A DNA stretch of 64,000 nt. Source: an uncultured Draconibacterium sp. (GTDB taxonomy: Bacteria > Bacteroidota > Bacteroidia > Bacteroidales > Prolixibacteraceae). The stretch spans positions 5,889,180 through 5,953,179 of the forward strand of contig OY781971.1 in NCBI GenBank assembly GCA_963677455.1. The letters are read 5' to 3'. The notes under the pieces were generated by a model. That model was not told the DNA's origin, searched no databases, and saw nothing but the letters and a program-made list of their open reading frames with translations. Both the position numbers and the translations under genes were made by a program. Positions 50,412-60,731 of the stretch are shown here, piece by piece (position 1 is the stretch's first letter; every line of letters starts with the position of its first letter).

Positions 50412-51782
50412 CTATTTGCTCATCTCTGCAAAATACTTGTAAAACAGAGGTATAGTTTTAATGCCGTTAAAGAACTGCTCCAACGGATAGTTTTCGTTTG
50501 GCGAGTGGATGGCATCCGATTCAAGGCCAAATCCCATAAGTACTGTTTTAATTCCCAGCACTTCTTCAAAAGTTGAAATGATTGGAATACTGCCTCCCGA
50601 ACGAACAGGAACAGGGCGTTTGCCATAAGTATCGTTGTAGGCTTTCTCAGCCGCCTGATAGGCTGGAATATCAATTGGGCATACATAGCCTTGACCACCA
50701 TGTAACGAAGTAACTTCTACTTTTACCGACTTCGGAGCAATGCTTTCGAAATGATTTTTGAAGAGTACCGCAATCTTTTCATGATTCTGGTTTGGAACCA
50801 GTCGCGATGATATTTTTGCGTATGCTTTTGACGGAAGAACAGTTTTTGCGCCCTCTCCGGTGTAGCCTCCCCAAATCCCACAAACATCAAAAGATGGACG
50901 AATTCCGGTTCTTTCTCCGGGCGTAAATCCTTCCTCTCCGCCCAATTCTTCAACATCAATTGCTTTTTTGTAAGCGTCCTCGTTAAATGGAGCGCGGCCT
51001 AACAATTCACGTTCTTTAGCCGAAACCTCAAGAACATCGTCGTAAAAACCGGGAACAGTAACTTTTCCTTTTTCATCTACCATTTGGGTGATCATTTTCG
51101 ACAATACATTTATTGGGTTAGCAACTGCACCTCCAAATAATCCGGAATGCAGATCCTTATTCGGCCCGGTAACTTCTACCTGCCAGTAAGCTAATCCTCG
51201 CAATCCGGTAGTAATAGATGGGGTGTCGCGGGCAATCATCGATGTATCAGAAACCAAAATGACATCTGCTTCTAGCATGGCCTTGTTTTCAGCACACCAC
51301 TTGCCCAGATTTGGCGAACCAATTTCTTCCTCTCCTTCAATCATAAATTTTACGTTACAGGGAAGGGTGTTGGTTTTTACCATTAGTTCAAAAGCTTTAA
51401 TGTGCATCATTCCCTGTCCTTTATCGTCGTCGGCACCACGGGCAAAAATTTTACCATCGCGGATTTCCGGTTGAAAAGGATCAGATTCCCACAACTCTAT
51501 TGGATCAACAGGCATTACGTCCATGTGCGAATAAACCAGTACTGTAGGCAAGGCCGGATTGATAATTTTTTCAGCATAGGTAACCGGGTTGCCATTGGTT
51601 TCAAAAACGTCTGCTTTGTCGGCTCCCGATTTCAGCAACAGTTCTTTTAAATATTCTGCCGCTTTGTACATATCGGGCTTGTGGCTTTTTATTGAACTGA
51701 TAGACGGAATGCTGATCAGTCCAAACAATTCTTCAAGAAAACGATCTTTGTTTTCTTCAATATAATTATTGATGTGTTCCAT
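50412..51782 (-). CDS. M20-family dipeptidase
   Basis: YSHMDV, RGADDDKGQ, EGEEE, DLHSG, HSPNE; ATG at 51782 preferred. Confidence 0.94.
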   Translation of the reverse strand: MEHINNYIEENKDRFLEELFGLISIPSISSIKSHKPDMYKAAEYLKELLLKSGADKADVFETNGNPVTYAEKIINPALPTVLVYSHMDVMPVDPIELWESDPFQPEIRDGKIFARGADDDKGQGMMHIKAFELMVKTNTLPCNVKFMIEGEEEIGSPNLGKWCAENKAMLEADVILVSDTSMIARDTPSITTGLRGLAYWQVEVTGPNKDLHSGLFGGAVANPINVLSKMITQMVDEKGKVTVPGFYDDVLEVSAKERELLGRAPFNEDAYKKAIDVEELGGEEGFTPGERTGIRPSFDVCGIWGGYTGEGAKTVLPSKAYAKISSRLVPNQNHEKIAVLFKNHFESIAPKSVKVEVTSLHGGQGYVCPIDIPAYQAAEKAYNDTYGKRPVPVRSGGSIPIISTFEEVLGIKTVLMGFGLESDAIHSPNENYPLEQFFNGIKTIPLFYKYFAEMSK

Positions 51783-51855
51783 AAAATAGTGCATGTTTTA
51801 TTAAAGACGAAAATTAGGTGTTTCCTGAAGATTAAAAAAGGATTTTATACAATCT

Positions 51856-54288
51856 TTAGTTGTAAGGACGCACTTGTTTTATATACAATTTTCTTTTCCC
51901 GTTTGGCGAATCGATTTTAAACTCGATATCCAATCCAAAATTATCGAGTAAGCAATTGCAGGTGTGGGGAACACGATCAAAAAAGTACTTCTTAATTTCA
52001 AAACAGTAAGTGCCAAGCTGGTAGAGTTCTTTGTCGCTAAGTACGGTTTGTCCTTCAAATCCCGGGATGTTTGAATGCGATAAATATTCGATTGTAAAAT
52101 CTCTGGAATTGTCGAGCGAATAATTGTACAAGATAAGCTGATCGTGAAGGATTCCGGGTTCCGGGAAAACAATGCTGTATTCTTCAAACTGAACGTTGAC
52201 AATAAAACCTGGATTGATGTTGTAAAGGTTTTTGGTGATCACAACGCCATTTGCATCTTCATTGGGGAACGAGCGGTGTACCAAAATTCCCATGGCTACC
52301 GAGCGTTGATCGATTTTGTAGTATTCCCGTTCTTCAAAGGCCCTGAAATTCCATAAACTGGCCCATACTTTACGAATGGCATTTTCGATGGTTTTGGTTT
52401 CGTGGTTTTTCTTGGCGGAATAGGAGTCGTAGAGGCCTGCGCCTGAGAAAAACTCAAGATCTTCGGCATTGGTGGATGAGCGAAACCGATAAGCGTAAAA
52501 ATCTTTAAAATTTTCAATTCTGTTGCGAACCAGTTCAACCAGATTAGGATCGATTGGCGCCTGTTTTATCATGTTGCGCAATTCTTCCAGCTTTTCTTTG
52601 CGGTATTCCTGGTTGGTTTTAAAGGTTTCGTTGTCCAGAAGTTCATCGATAAACGATTGAATATTGTTGTTTTTAAGGTGCCGGTCGTAATAAAAAAACG
52701 GAATGGCAAAGGAGTTTTCCGGTGTAGGGATTGTTGGCGACTTAATTTTTAAGAGTTCGGCAAAATTAGCCGCTTTTCCACCAATAAGATTTACACTGGC
52801 ATAACCTGCATTTTGCAACTCAATTAGTCCGTTGGTAGCGGTATTTTTTTCCAATATAGAAATCGTTTGTGGCTCATTTTGTGCCCAAAATGCTGTTGCT
52901 TCGGAAAGTGTTGCTTTTCTTACCACAAACGAATCGGCTAAAACATGCAGGTAAACCAATTCGCCCATTAGCGAATCAAGTTTTGGGTTTGTCAAGCCGT
53001 CGCGTAAAGCCATGTTTGGCGTTCCCCGGTTATGACTCAGAATGTTGATGTGGCTGAGTGGTGTTTGAAATTCTGTAGTAATAATTCCGGCAACAACCGA
53101 AGCATCGTTTGGGATTCCATTCAACAAAACAATATCGTGTTTGCCAAGGTAAGTTTCATTCAGGGTGTTGATATTCACTTTTCGCAAGTAGCCGAAACCT
53201 TCTGCCAGGTTTAATCCCTGGTAATTTTGTCCTTCAAAAAGTTCATCCGAACTGATAATAGGAACACTCGAACATCCTTCCCATTTAGTATTGTTGGCAT
53301 ACAAATACAATTTTCCTTTGAGGTAAGATGTTGCGTATATTTTATTAAAAATTTCCAGAATTTGCGGGCAGTCCATTCCGTCTCCTGCATAAAACCGAAC
53401 TACGTATTTGTCCAGAGCTTTGTAATAATTTATCGATCCGGGGTATAAGTAGCGTTGCGAAGAGTTGGTGTATTGCGTTGTATTAAAATGATAGTGCCCC
53501 TGTGTGTAGCCCATAAACTGTTCGGCAAAGATGTAGTGCAATTCATAATGTTTGCTGTTCATGAAGTAGACTAAGTCTTCCCGTTGGTTGTAAATAAATT
53601 TAACCGATTCTACTTCGCCCTGGTTAGTAACAAACGGACTGCTTTGTAAGAAGTTAAACGCGTTGTAATCCGGTAGTCCCAGCAGATAATCAAGGTCGTT
53701 TCCGGTTTTCGAAAGCAGCTTTGCATGCACAATGGTGTCGTTGGTTGGTAAAACCAGTTCGCTTGAATAATACCCGTTTTTAATAAATTGAAGCGTGTCT
53801 CTTTCCACAGAGTTGCCGGGCAGAATTGGGGCAGACAAAATTGTTATGTGCCCACCATCGGAATATAGTTTTAATGCTTCATTACCTGTTTCAGAAAGTA
53901 CTTGCAAAATGTATATTCCTTCTTTTAATAGTGGCAAAAGATAAGTGCCGCCTGCACCAATTTCGCCGATAGATAAAAGTTGTTCGCCTTCGGTGGTAAA
54001 AATCCGGAGCGAAACATTTTGGTCAGACGGAGCAAAAAATACATTAAAAATTACCTGGTATTTCGAATGCGTTTTATCGCTGTTAAAGTCCCAGGTAAAT
54101 GCGCCATTTTTATCGCTTGTTATCTGCGTTCCGAGGCGTTTGTGAAAAATTGTCACTTCTTCAATCGGTCGGCCGGTGGCCAAGTTGCTGGTTCTTCCGC
54201 GGTAGGTATATTGTGCCTGCGCGATGGAAGAAAGGAGTATAAACAAAGCAGCCAGCCCAAAGAAAATATGGCGTTGTACGGCAGTCAT
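51856..54288 (-). CDS. Exported PEP/pyruvate-binding-domain (dikinase-like) protein
   Basis: Signal peptide ending AQA; Ig-like N-terminus; phospho-His-like motif GIITTEFQTPLSH...NRGTP; ATP-grasp motifs IGGKAANFAEL, RSSTNAED...GAGLYDS, KVWASLW, DIEF. Confidence 0.85.
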   Translation of the reverse strand: MTAVQRHIFFGLAALFILLSSIAQAQYTYRGRTSNLATGRPIEEVTIFHKRLGTQITSDKNGAFTWDFNSDKTHSKYQVIFNVFFAPSDQNVSLRIFTTEGEQLLSIGEIGAGGTYLLPLLKEGIYILQVLSETGNEALKLYSDGGHITILSAPILPGNSVERDTLQFIKNGYYSSELVLPTNDTIVHAKLLSKTGNDLDYLLGLPDYNAFNFLQSSPFVTNQGEVESVKFIYNQREDLVYFMNSKHYELHYIFAEQFMGYTQGHYHFNTTQYTNSSQRYLYPGSINYYKALDKYVVRFYAGDGMDCPQILEIFNKIYATSYLKGKLYLYANNTKWEGCSSVPIISSDELFEGQNYQGLNLAEGFGYLRKVNINTLNETYLGKHDIVLLNGIPNDASVVAGIITTEFQTPLSHINILSHNRGTPNMALRDGLTNPKLDSLMGELVYLHVLADSFVVRKATLSEATAFWAQNEPQTISILEKNTATNGLIELQNAGYASVNLIGGKAANFAELLKIKSPTIPTPENSFAIPFFYYDRHLKNNNIQSFIDELLDNETFKTNQEYRKEKLEELRNMIKQAPIDPNLVELVRNRIENFKDFYAYRFRSSTNAEDLEFFSGAGLYDSYSAKKNHETKTIENAIRKVWASLWNFRAFEEREYYKIDQRSVAMGILVHRSFPNEDANGVVITKNLYNINPGFIVNVQFEEYSIVFPEPGILHDQLILYNYSLDNSRDFTIEYLSHSNIPGFEGQTVLSDKELYQLGTYCFEIKKYFFDRVPHTCNCLLDNFGLDIEFKIDSPNGKRKLYIKQVRPYN

Positions 54289-54294
54289 GTTTTA

Positions 54295-54322
54295 TAGATG
54301 AATATGGCGCGAAAAAGGTTGC
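54295..54322 (-). promoter_or_regulatory. ECF-type promoter candidate
   Basis: GCAACC-N16-CATCTA on the minus strand, 6 nt before the ATG at 54288. Confidence 0.6.
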
Positions 54323-54343
54323 TGAACAAAAGGAATTTAATAA

Positions 54344-54372
54344 AAAAAGGCAGCCCGAAGACTGCCTTTTCA
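54344..54372 (-). terminator. Terminator after TPR lipoprotein gene
   Basis: AAAAGGCAG...CTGCCTTTT hairpin. Confidence 0.75.
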
Positions 54373-54392
54373 ATAAGTTTATCACAACTTAA

Positions 54393-56144
54393 TTAGTCAA
54401 CGATTGCCTTAAATTTAGGATCGTTGAAATATTTTGCAAATTCCATGTCAACTTTTGCTTCGGCCTTCATTTTAGGATTATATTCGCAAGCAGCTTTTAA
54501 GCTGTCGAAAAGCAAACCTTCTTTTGCTGTACGTGCACCAATTACTGCTTTAAGGTACTCAGACATCCAGCAATTAGGAATTTCGCAAGCTTCCAGGTCT
54601 TTTAATGCTCCGTTGTTATCACCGGCCAAAAGTTTTGCAAGGCCAGTATTTGGATCCTGAAATTCGCTGTAGTAACGAACTGCTTTGTCGTATTCAGCTT
54701 TTTTCACGCTAACAATTCCAAGGTTGTAGTTTACTTCTTCGCCAACACCTGATGCAGCCCCAAATAAACCTTCAGCTTTTTCAACATCGCCTTCAGTAAG
54801 GGCAATTGCTCCAAGGTTGTTTTTGATAACCGGCTCGTCGTTTTTCAGTTTTTCAGCTTTTTCGAAGTGAGGTTTAGCTTCGGCATATTTCATTTGTTTT
54901 GCCAATACATAACCTACGTTGTTCGGGCCTCTCCAATCGCTTGGGTAAGCTTTTACGAATGATTCGTAAACTTCTTTTTGGTCGGCCATATCTTCGAATA
55001 AAGTAGCAGCGTAAAGCAATTCAGCAGGATTTAATGACGCAGGATCAGCTTTTGCAGCAGCTTTCAATTCAGCATCAGTTTTTCCAATAAGGTCAACGCT
55101 GGTAATCAATTTTGCACGACGCAACTCAGGAAGAATTTCTTCAGCAACTTCAGTGAAAGTAGCACTCAGGTTACGGATTTCGCGCTCACGAACTTCAGGA
55201 TCGTTGTACATAGAAAGTACGCGAAGAATAAGTTCTTTGTCCTGAATGTTTGATTTCTCCATCATTTCTTTGAAACCGTCCCAGTCTTCAGGAGTGTATT
55301 TTGTTTTCAATTCGATATCAACACCGGCTTCTTTCAGTTTTTTAGCTAAGAAAGCAGAAGATGTTTCTTTACGTTTTGCAGCCAGGTCAGTGTTCAAATC
55401 GATGCTTCCGTCAGGTGATGCATAAGCAGAAACTTCAACATCTTTAAGGTCGATTCTTTCGTCTTCGTTTGCTTTTTTAGTATAAGCTTCCAAGTCCTTA
55501 ACTGTACTTTTCTCCGTTTCGTCTCTTCTTAAATTCGAACGGTTGATAAGGTATTTAATGTCAGCCATCATTTCGTCAGGAACAACGCGTTGGAAAGCAT
55601 CAATATTTGGATCGTATTTACCTGAATTGTTGGCCTCGCGAGTAACACCTAAAACAGGTTTTGGCATAACTGCCACTCTTTCGCTTGTTGCCAAAACACC
55701 ATCGGCAATTTTAATCGGATCAAAATCAACAGACTTAGCACCTTGTGATGCAGTGATATTTATATACAATTCTGATTTTGCCATTGGTTTTTTGTAAGCA
55801 ACAGCATCTTTGTAAGTAACACTACCACCACTGTTGGCAATTACTTTGTTGTTGGCTTCAACGTTTTCGCCCTGTACGGTTACAGGTTGAAATTCAGTTT
55901 CGCCTTCAGCATATTTCAAAACCGGTGTAGCAGTTAACACAACTTTTTTGTGGAAGTATTTGTCAGGAAATCTTCCGGTAACAGCTACGTCAACATCGCC
56001 GGCATGCGCTTCAAGTACTTCAGGAGTAACTTTGAAGTTGATTTGGTCGGCATTTTTCTTCATTTTATTCAACCCTGAACAGCTTGACAACACCACAGCA
56101 GCTGCCACAATCAGTGTAAAAGGTTTAAAGTTGATCCTTTTCAT
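54393..56144 (-). CDS. Conserved lipoprotein with OmpA-like motif and TPR repeats
   Basis: ATG at 56144; lipobox LSSC; SAYASPDG...LAAKR; C-terminal TPR patterns. Confidence 0.82.
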   Translation of the reverse strand: MKRINFKPFTLIVAAAVVLSSCSGLNKMKKNADQINFKVTPEVLEAHAGDVDVAVTGRFPDKYFHKKVVLTATPVLKYAEGETEFQPVTVQGENVEANNKVIANSGGSVTYKDAVAYKKPMAKSELYINITASQGAKSVDFDPIKIADGVLATSERVAVMPKPVLGVTREANNSGKYDPNIDAFQRVVPDEMMADIKYLINRSNLRRDETEKSTVKDLEAYTKKANEDERIDLKDVEVSAYASPDGSIDLNTDLAAKRKETSSAFLAKKLKEAGVDIELKTKYTPEDWDGFKEMMEKSNIQDKELILRVLSMYNDPEVREREIRNLSATFTEVAEEILPELRRAKLITSVDLIGKTDAELKAAAKADPASLNPAELLYAATLFEDMADQKEVYESFVKAYPSDWRGPNNVGYVLAKQMKYAEAKPHFEKAEKLKNDEPVIKNNLGAIALTEGDVEKAEGLFGAASGVGEEVNYNLGIVSVKKAEYDKAVRYYSEFQDPNTGLAKLLAGDNNGALKDLEACEIPNCWMSEYLKAVIGARTAKEGLLFDSLKAACEYNPKMKAEAKVDMEFAKYFNDPKFKAIVD

Positions 56145-56238
56145 AACAGACAAAAATTTATAAGAGTTTAAAAATCTACGATAAGAGCACAAAAATAAAA
56201 AGCTTTTTAAGATTTGAAAGACGTTAAGCAGGTTTTTA

Positions 56239-56868
56239 TCACAATATTAGGCGGTTTATTCCCATTTCATATTTTTGATCGAAAATGGCGGTTTTTAATT
56301 GTTGATAATCGTAAGCATTTTCGACAAAATCAATGTTGTTGATATCGATAATCAATACCGGAAAAGGGAGCTTTTGTTTTAGAAAATTGAAATAGCCTTT
56401 TTCAATCTTTTGCAGGTAATCGCCTTGAATATTTCGCTCGTAATCACGTCCGCGTTGTGCAATGTTTTTTAACAGCCGCGATACATCGGCATGCAAATAC
56501 ACATACAAATCAGGTTTTGGCATCGATTCAGAAACCATGTCGAAGATTTGGCGGAATAAATGATACTCATCTCCCTGAAGTGTGTTTTGTGCAAAAATGG
56601 CTGTTTTTGAGAAGTAGTAGTCAGAAATCAGAAAAGAATAGAAAAGGTCGAGGTTCAGAATCTCTTTTTTGATTTGCTTGTAGCGGTCGGCTAAAAAAGA
56701 AAGCTCCAGTGGAAAAGAATAGCGTTCCTGGTTTTCGTAAAACTTTGGAAGAAAAGGGTTTTCTGCAAACTGTTCCAACACCAGTTTTGCATTAAATTCC
56801 TTTGCAAACATTCCCGAAAGGGTTGTTTTTCCGGCTCCAATATTTCCTTCTACAACAAGAAACTGCAT
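56239..56868 (-). CDS. Deoxynucleoside kinase
   Basis: VEGNIGAGKTT P-loop, FLADRY, PKPDLYVYL, RGRDYE. Confidence 0.94.
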   Translation of the reverse strand: MQFLVVEGNIGAGKTTLSGMFAKEFNAKLVLEQFAENPFLPKFYENQERYSFPLELSFLADRYKQIKKEILNLDLFYSFLISDYYFSKTAIFAQNTLQGDEYHLFRQIFDMVSESMPKPDLYVYLHADVSRLLKNIAQRGRDYERNIQGDYLQKIEKGYFNFLKQKLPFPVLIIDINNIDFVENAYDYQQLKTAIFDQKYEMGINRLIL

Positions 56869-56943
56869 GAAATGTCAGTGCTAAATTTCAAATGAACTTC
56901 AAAAATAAGGGCTTTTATTTTTTTATAGCCGAAATGTTGATAA

Positions 56944-57426
56944 TTACATGAGTTTTTTTTCTGACCTGACTTTTTTGTCTTTGGTACTGCCCAAAATATA
57001 CGATACAATCAGGCCAACGGAAATCCCAATAACAAACATTTCAAGTTGATACTGAGGTAAAATTAAATAGAGGATAAAGCCAAGGATAAATCCGCCAATA
57101 ATACCGAACAGTGCATAAACATAGCTGTGGTAATAAGGTGCGTAAAAGCCATGTTCTTTTTGCATGTGCTTTGATAAACGGCTGATCAGACGGTCGTATT
57201 CACGCCGCGTTTTACCCGGGGTGTTTACAGCTTCATCAATCTTTTGTACTACTTCCGAAATATTGATCATCTCTTTTTTGCAGGTAGGGCAGGAGGTCGA
57301 AAACTCGTCAACCCTCGAAATATTTCGCTTAAATTCGTTTATTCTGAAAAAGAGTATGTCCTTATCTCTTGAGCTTTCAAGTTTGCTATCTATTGTATTG
57401 TGAATTTCTGATGACCAGGATTTCAT
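56944..57426 (-). CDS. Hypothetical protein with two C-terminal TM helices
   Basis: Soluble N-terminal region containing CPTC, then two hydrophobic segments. Confidence 0.72.
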   Translation of the reverse strand: MKSWSSEIHNTIDSKLESSRDKDILFFRINEFKRNISRVDEFSTSCPTCKKEMINISEVVQKIDEAVNTPGKTRREYDRLISRLSKHMQKEHGFYAPYYHSYVYALFGIIGGFILGFILYLILPQYQLEMFVIGISVGLIVSYILGSTKDKKVRSEKKLM

Positions 57427-57559
57427 GTTATCTAATTTGCTACGAAGTTAGAAAAAGGTTTAAGAAGTTCTAAATTCAGTTTGCAGTCTCAGTTGTCAGT
57501 TTACAGATTCTATTAGAGTGTTTTTAATTTGACAGTTTTACATTGGAATCTTTTCTAAT

Positions 57560-57591
57560 AAAAAACGCTCCACCTTTCGGCAGAGCGTTTT
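57560..57591 (-). terminator. pnp terminator
   Basis: AAAACGCTC...GAGCGTTTT hairpin. Confidence 0.75.
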
Positions 57592-57624
57592 GAATATAGC
57601 GCTAAATGCTTATTTCGATTTTTT

Positions 57625-59916
57625 TTAATCATTATCGCGGCGTGGACGGAAATCTCTTCTGTCACCTCCTCTGCGATCGTCACGACGATCACCGCCTCTT
57701 CTGTCACCACCACGGAAATCACGGCGATCACCGCCTCTTCTGTCACTGCCACGGTTTTCTCTTGGCGGACGTTCTACATAACCTTCAGGTTTTGGAAGAA
57801 GCACTTTGCGAGAAAGTTTCAGTTTACCGGTTTTCTCGTCAACTCCAATAAGCTTTACTTCCATTTCTTCGCCTTCTTTGGTAAAGTCTTCAGGTGATTC
57901 AACACGCGCCCAATCCATCTCAGAAACGTGCAGTAGACCTTCTTTTCCCGGAAGAATCTCGATGAAAGCTCCGAATGAAACAACCGATTTAACTTTTCCT
58001 TTGTATACTTCACCAACTTCTGGTAGTGCAGTAATTGCCTTAATACGAGCTTTTGCAGCTTCAATTGGCTCTAATCCAGCTCCCGAAATCTGAACCATAC
58101 CTACGTCGTCTTTCTCTTCGATAACGATCACGGTTTCAGTTTCTTCCTGAATAGCCTGAATTACTTTTCCTCCAGGGCCGATGATTGCACCAATCATATC
58201 TTTCGGAACCTGAACAGTTTCGATACGAGGTACATTGGGTTTGAAATCAGCACGAGGCTCAGGGATTACTTCCAAAATTTTACCTAAAATGTGCAACCGT
58301 CCTTCTTTAGCTTGTTGCAGCGCTTGCGACAATACTTCGTAAGGAAGTCCGTCCACTTTTATGTCCATCTGAGTAGCGGTAATGCCATCAGCAGTACCGG
58401 TTACTTTAAAGTCCATATCTCCCAGGTGATCCTCGTCACCAAGAATATCCGAAAGAACGGCATATTTTTCATTGCCTTTATCGGTAATCAATCCCATTGC
58501 GATACCAGAAACCGGTTTTTTGATTTTCAATCCGGCATCCATCAATCCCATTGTTCCTGCACAAACAGTTGCCATTGATGATGACCCGTTTGATTCCAGG
58601 ATATCCGAAACAATACGTATAACGTAAGGAGTATCTTCAGGAAGCATTTTTTTCAATGCGCGGTGAGCCAGGTTACCATGGCCAATCTCGCGACGGCTGG
58701 TTCCTCTTGGTGTTTTGGGATCGCCTACACAGAATGGAGGGAAGTTATAGTGCAAAAGGAACTTTTCTTTTCCCTGAACCGTTACCTGGTCGATGATTTT
58801 CTCATCCATTTTAGTTCCTAAAGTAACAGATGTAAGCGACTGTGTTTCTCCACGGGTAAAAATTGAAGATCCGTGTGCACCGGGAAGGTAATCAACCTCT
58901 CCCCAGATTGGGCGAATTTCGTTAGTAGCACGGCCATCTAAACGAATTGAATCGTCAAGAATCATACGGCGCATAGCTTCTTTTTCTACATCGTGGTAGT
59001 AACGGCGAATCAGTTTTTCGTTTGCTACAAGATCAAGCTCTTCATTTTCGGCATTGGCCTCAAGATAAGCTTCAACATATTCGTTAACAACAGCAGCAAA
59101 AGAATCCATTCTCTGGCTCTTGTTCGTAATCTGTTGTTTGGCAATAGCGTATGCTTTTTCGTAAAGATCAGCCTTTACCTGTGCGCGCAATTCTTCGTCA
59201 TTATTTTCGTGGCAATATTCACGTTTAACAACACCTAATTCTGCAGCCAGTTCCTCCTGAACTTTACAATGCTTTTTAATTTCTTCGTGAGCGATTTTAA
59301 TGGCTTCGAGCATTACTTCCTCCGAAACCTCATTCATCTCACCTTCCACCATCATAATGTTATCGTGCGATGCACCAACCATAATATCCAAATCAGCTTC
59401 GGTAAGCTGCGAATAAGTTGGATTGATAATGAATTCGCCATTTACGCGAACCACACGAACCTCTGAGATAGGGGTTGTAAAAGGTACATCAGATACTGCT
59501 ATTGCTGCTGATGCAGCTAAACCTGCCAATTGATCTGGCATTTCGTCTTTTCCAGAAGAAATAAGTGAAATCATTACTGCTGTTTCTGCATGATAATCTT
59601 CAGGGAAAAGCGGACGCAGTGCACGGTCGACCAAACGTGCTACCAAAATTTCCTCATCACTTGGTCGGGCTTCTCTTTTCATAAATCCGCCGGGGAACCG
59701 TCCTGCAGCAGCGAATTTCTCGCGGTAATCAACTGATACCGGCATAAAATCTACATCTTCTTTGGCTTCTTTGGCTGAAACAACCGTAGCCAGCAACATG
59801 GTGTCACCCATACGTACCACTACCGAACCATCAGCTTGTTTGGCCAGTTTTCCGGTTTCAATGGTAATCGACCTGCCATCTGCAAGTTCGATAGTCTTAA
59901 CTGTTGCGTTTACCAT
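57625..59916 (-). CDS. pnp: Polyribonucleotide nucleotidyltransferase (PNPase)
   Basis: [47 protein letters not shown] and S1 domains; ATG at 59916. Confidence 0.98.
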   Translation of the reverse strand: MVNATVKTIELADGRSITIETGKLAKQADGSVVVRMGDTMLLATVVSAKEAKEDVDFMPVSVDYREKFAAAGRFPGGFMKREARPSDEEILVARLVDRALRPLFPEDYHAETAVMISLISSGKDEMPDQLAGLAASAAIAVSDVPFTTPISEVRVVRVNGEFIINPTYSQLTEADLDIMVGASHDNIMMVEGEMNEVSEEVMLEAIKIAHEEIKKHCKVQEELAAELGVVKREYCHENNDEELRAQVKADLYEKAYAIAKQQITNKSQRMDSFAAVVNEYVEAYLEANAENEELDLVANEKLIRRYYHDVEKEAMRRMILDDSIRLDGRATNEIRPIWGEVDYLPGAHGSSIFTRGETQSLTSVTLGTKMDEKIIDQVTVQGKEKFLLHYNFPPFCVGDPKTPRGTSRREIGHGNLAHRALKKMLPEDTPYVIRIVSDILESNGSSSMATVCAGTMGLMDAGLKIKKPVSGIAMGLITDKGNEKYAVLSDILGDEDHLGDMDFKVTGTADGITATQMDIKVDGLPYEVLSQALQQAKEGRLHILGKILEVIPEPRADFKPNVPRIETVQVPKDMIGAIIGPGGKVIQAIQEETETVIVIEEKDDVGMVQISGAGLEPIEAAKARIKAITALPEVGEVYKGKVKSVVSFGAFIEILPGKEGLLHVSEMDWARVESPEDFTKEGEEMEVKLIGVDEKTGKLKLSRKVLLPKPEGYVERPPRENRGSDRRGGDRRDFRGGDRRGGDRRDDRRGGDRRDFRPRRDND

Positions 59917-59982
59917 AATTTCTAATAAATCTTTAAAGTTTAAATTACAATAGGTGGTGAGGTTTTGCAATTTACAAAAAAG

Positions 59983-60008
59983 AAAGGCAACACCAATGCG
60001 TTGCCTTT
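59983..60008 (-). terminator. rpsO terminator
   Basis: AAAGGCAAC...GTTGCCTTT hairpin. Confidence 0.7.
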
Positions 60009-60017
60009 CAATATATT

Positions 60018-60287
60018 TTACTTACGTAAGTTCAATTCTTTGATAATCGCACGGTAACGTTCGATATCTTTTTTGATTAGGTAGTCGAGCAAACTTCTGC
60101 GCTTTCCTACTAATTTAATCAGTGCACGACGTGTGCTGTGGTCTTTTTTGTTTTGTTTCAGGTGTTCTGTCAGGTGATTGATTCTAAAAGTGAACAATGC
60201 GATCTGACCTTCTGCACTACCTGTGTCTTTGGCATCTTTGCCATGTTGAGCAAAAAGCTCTTGCTTTTTTTCGTTTGTTAAATACAT
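60018..60287 (-). CDS. rpsO: 30S ribosomal protein S15
   Basis: [25 protein letters not shown]...[10 protein letters not shown]. Confidence 0.98.
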   Translation of the reverse strand: MYLTNEKKQELFAQHGKDAKDTGSAEGQIALFTFRINHLTEHLKQNKKDHSTRRALIKLVGKRRSLLDYLIKKDIERYRAIIKELNLRK

Positions 60288-60375
60288 GTTTTAAAAGAAC
60301 TGTTTTGTTATACAATGTTTAAACCGCAGCATCGCTCTCAATAACAACGGCTTAAAATTAATTGGCGCAAAAGTA
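60288..60375 (-). promoter_or_regulatory. rpsO promoter and structured leader (candidate S15 autoregulatory site)
   Basis: TACTTTTG at 60375-60368; TTAAGCCG...CGGTTTAA stem enclosing an inner hairpin. Confidence 0.45.
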
Positions 60376-60731
60376 TATAAAAGATTTTGATTTACAAACA
60401 GATAATCCGCTCTAAATGTAATTCTTATTCCTTCCATAATTACCAGGAAATTGAAAGAACAGGTTGCCAACATTTTTTGCGTAATTCACAATGGATTGTT
60501 AAAAAGTACACATGATAATCAGGAGGTTTAGTCGATTTGGTTTTGTATAATTGTGTTACCCTTATTTTTTATCATTAATTATGTACACAGTTGAGGGGTG
60601 GTCAGAGGGCTACCCTTTCTTTTTGAAGTAACTGTTTCTATTTGCATTAATCATTTAATTTTTACTGGATTGTGAGAGCTTGGATTAAACTTTTCAAGAT
60701 ACTATTTGTCCAAGGAAGACAGATCTGAGAC

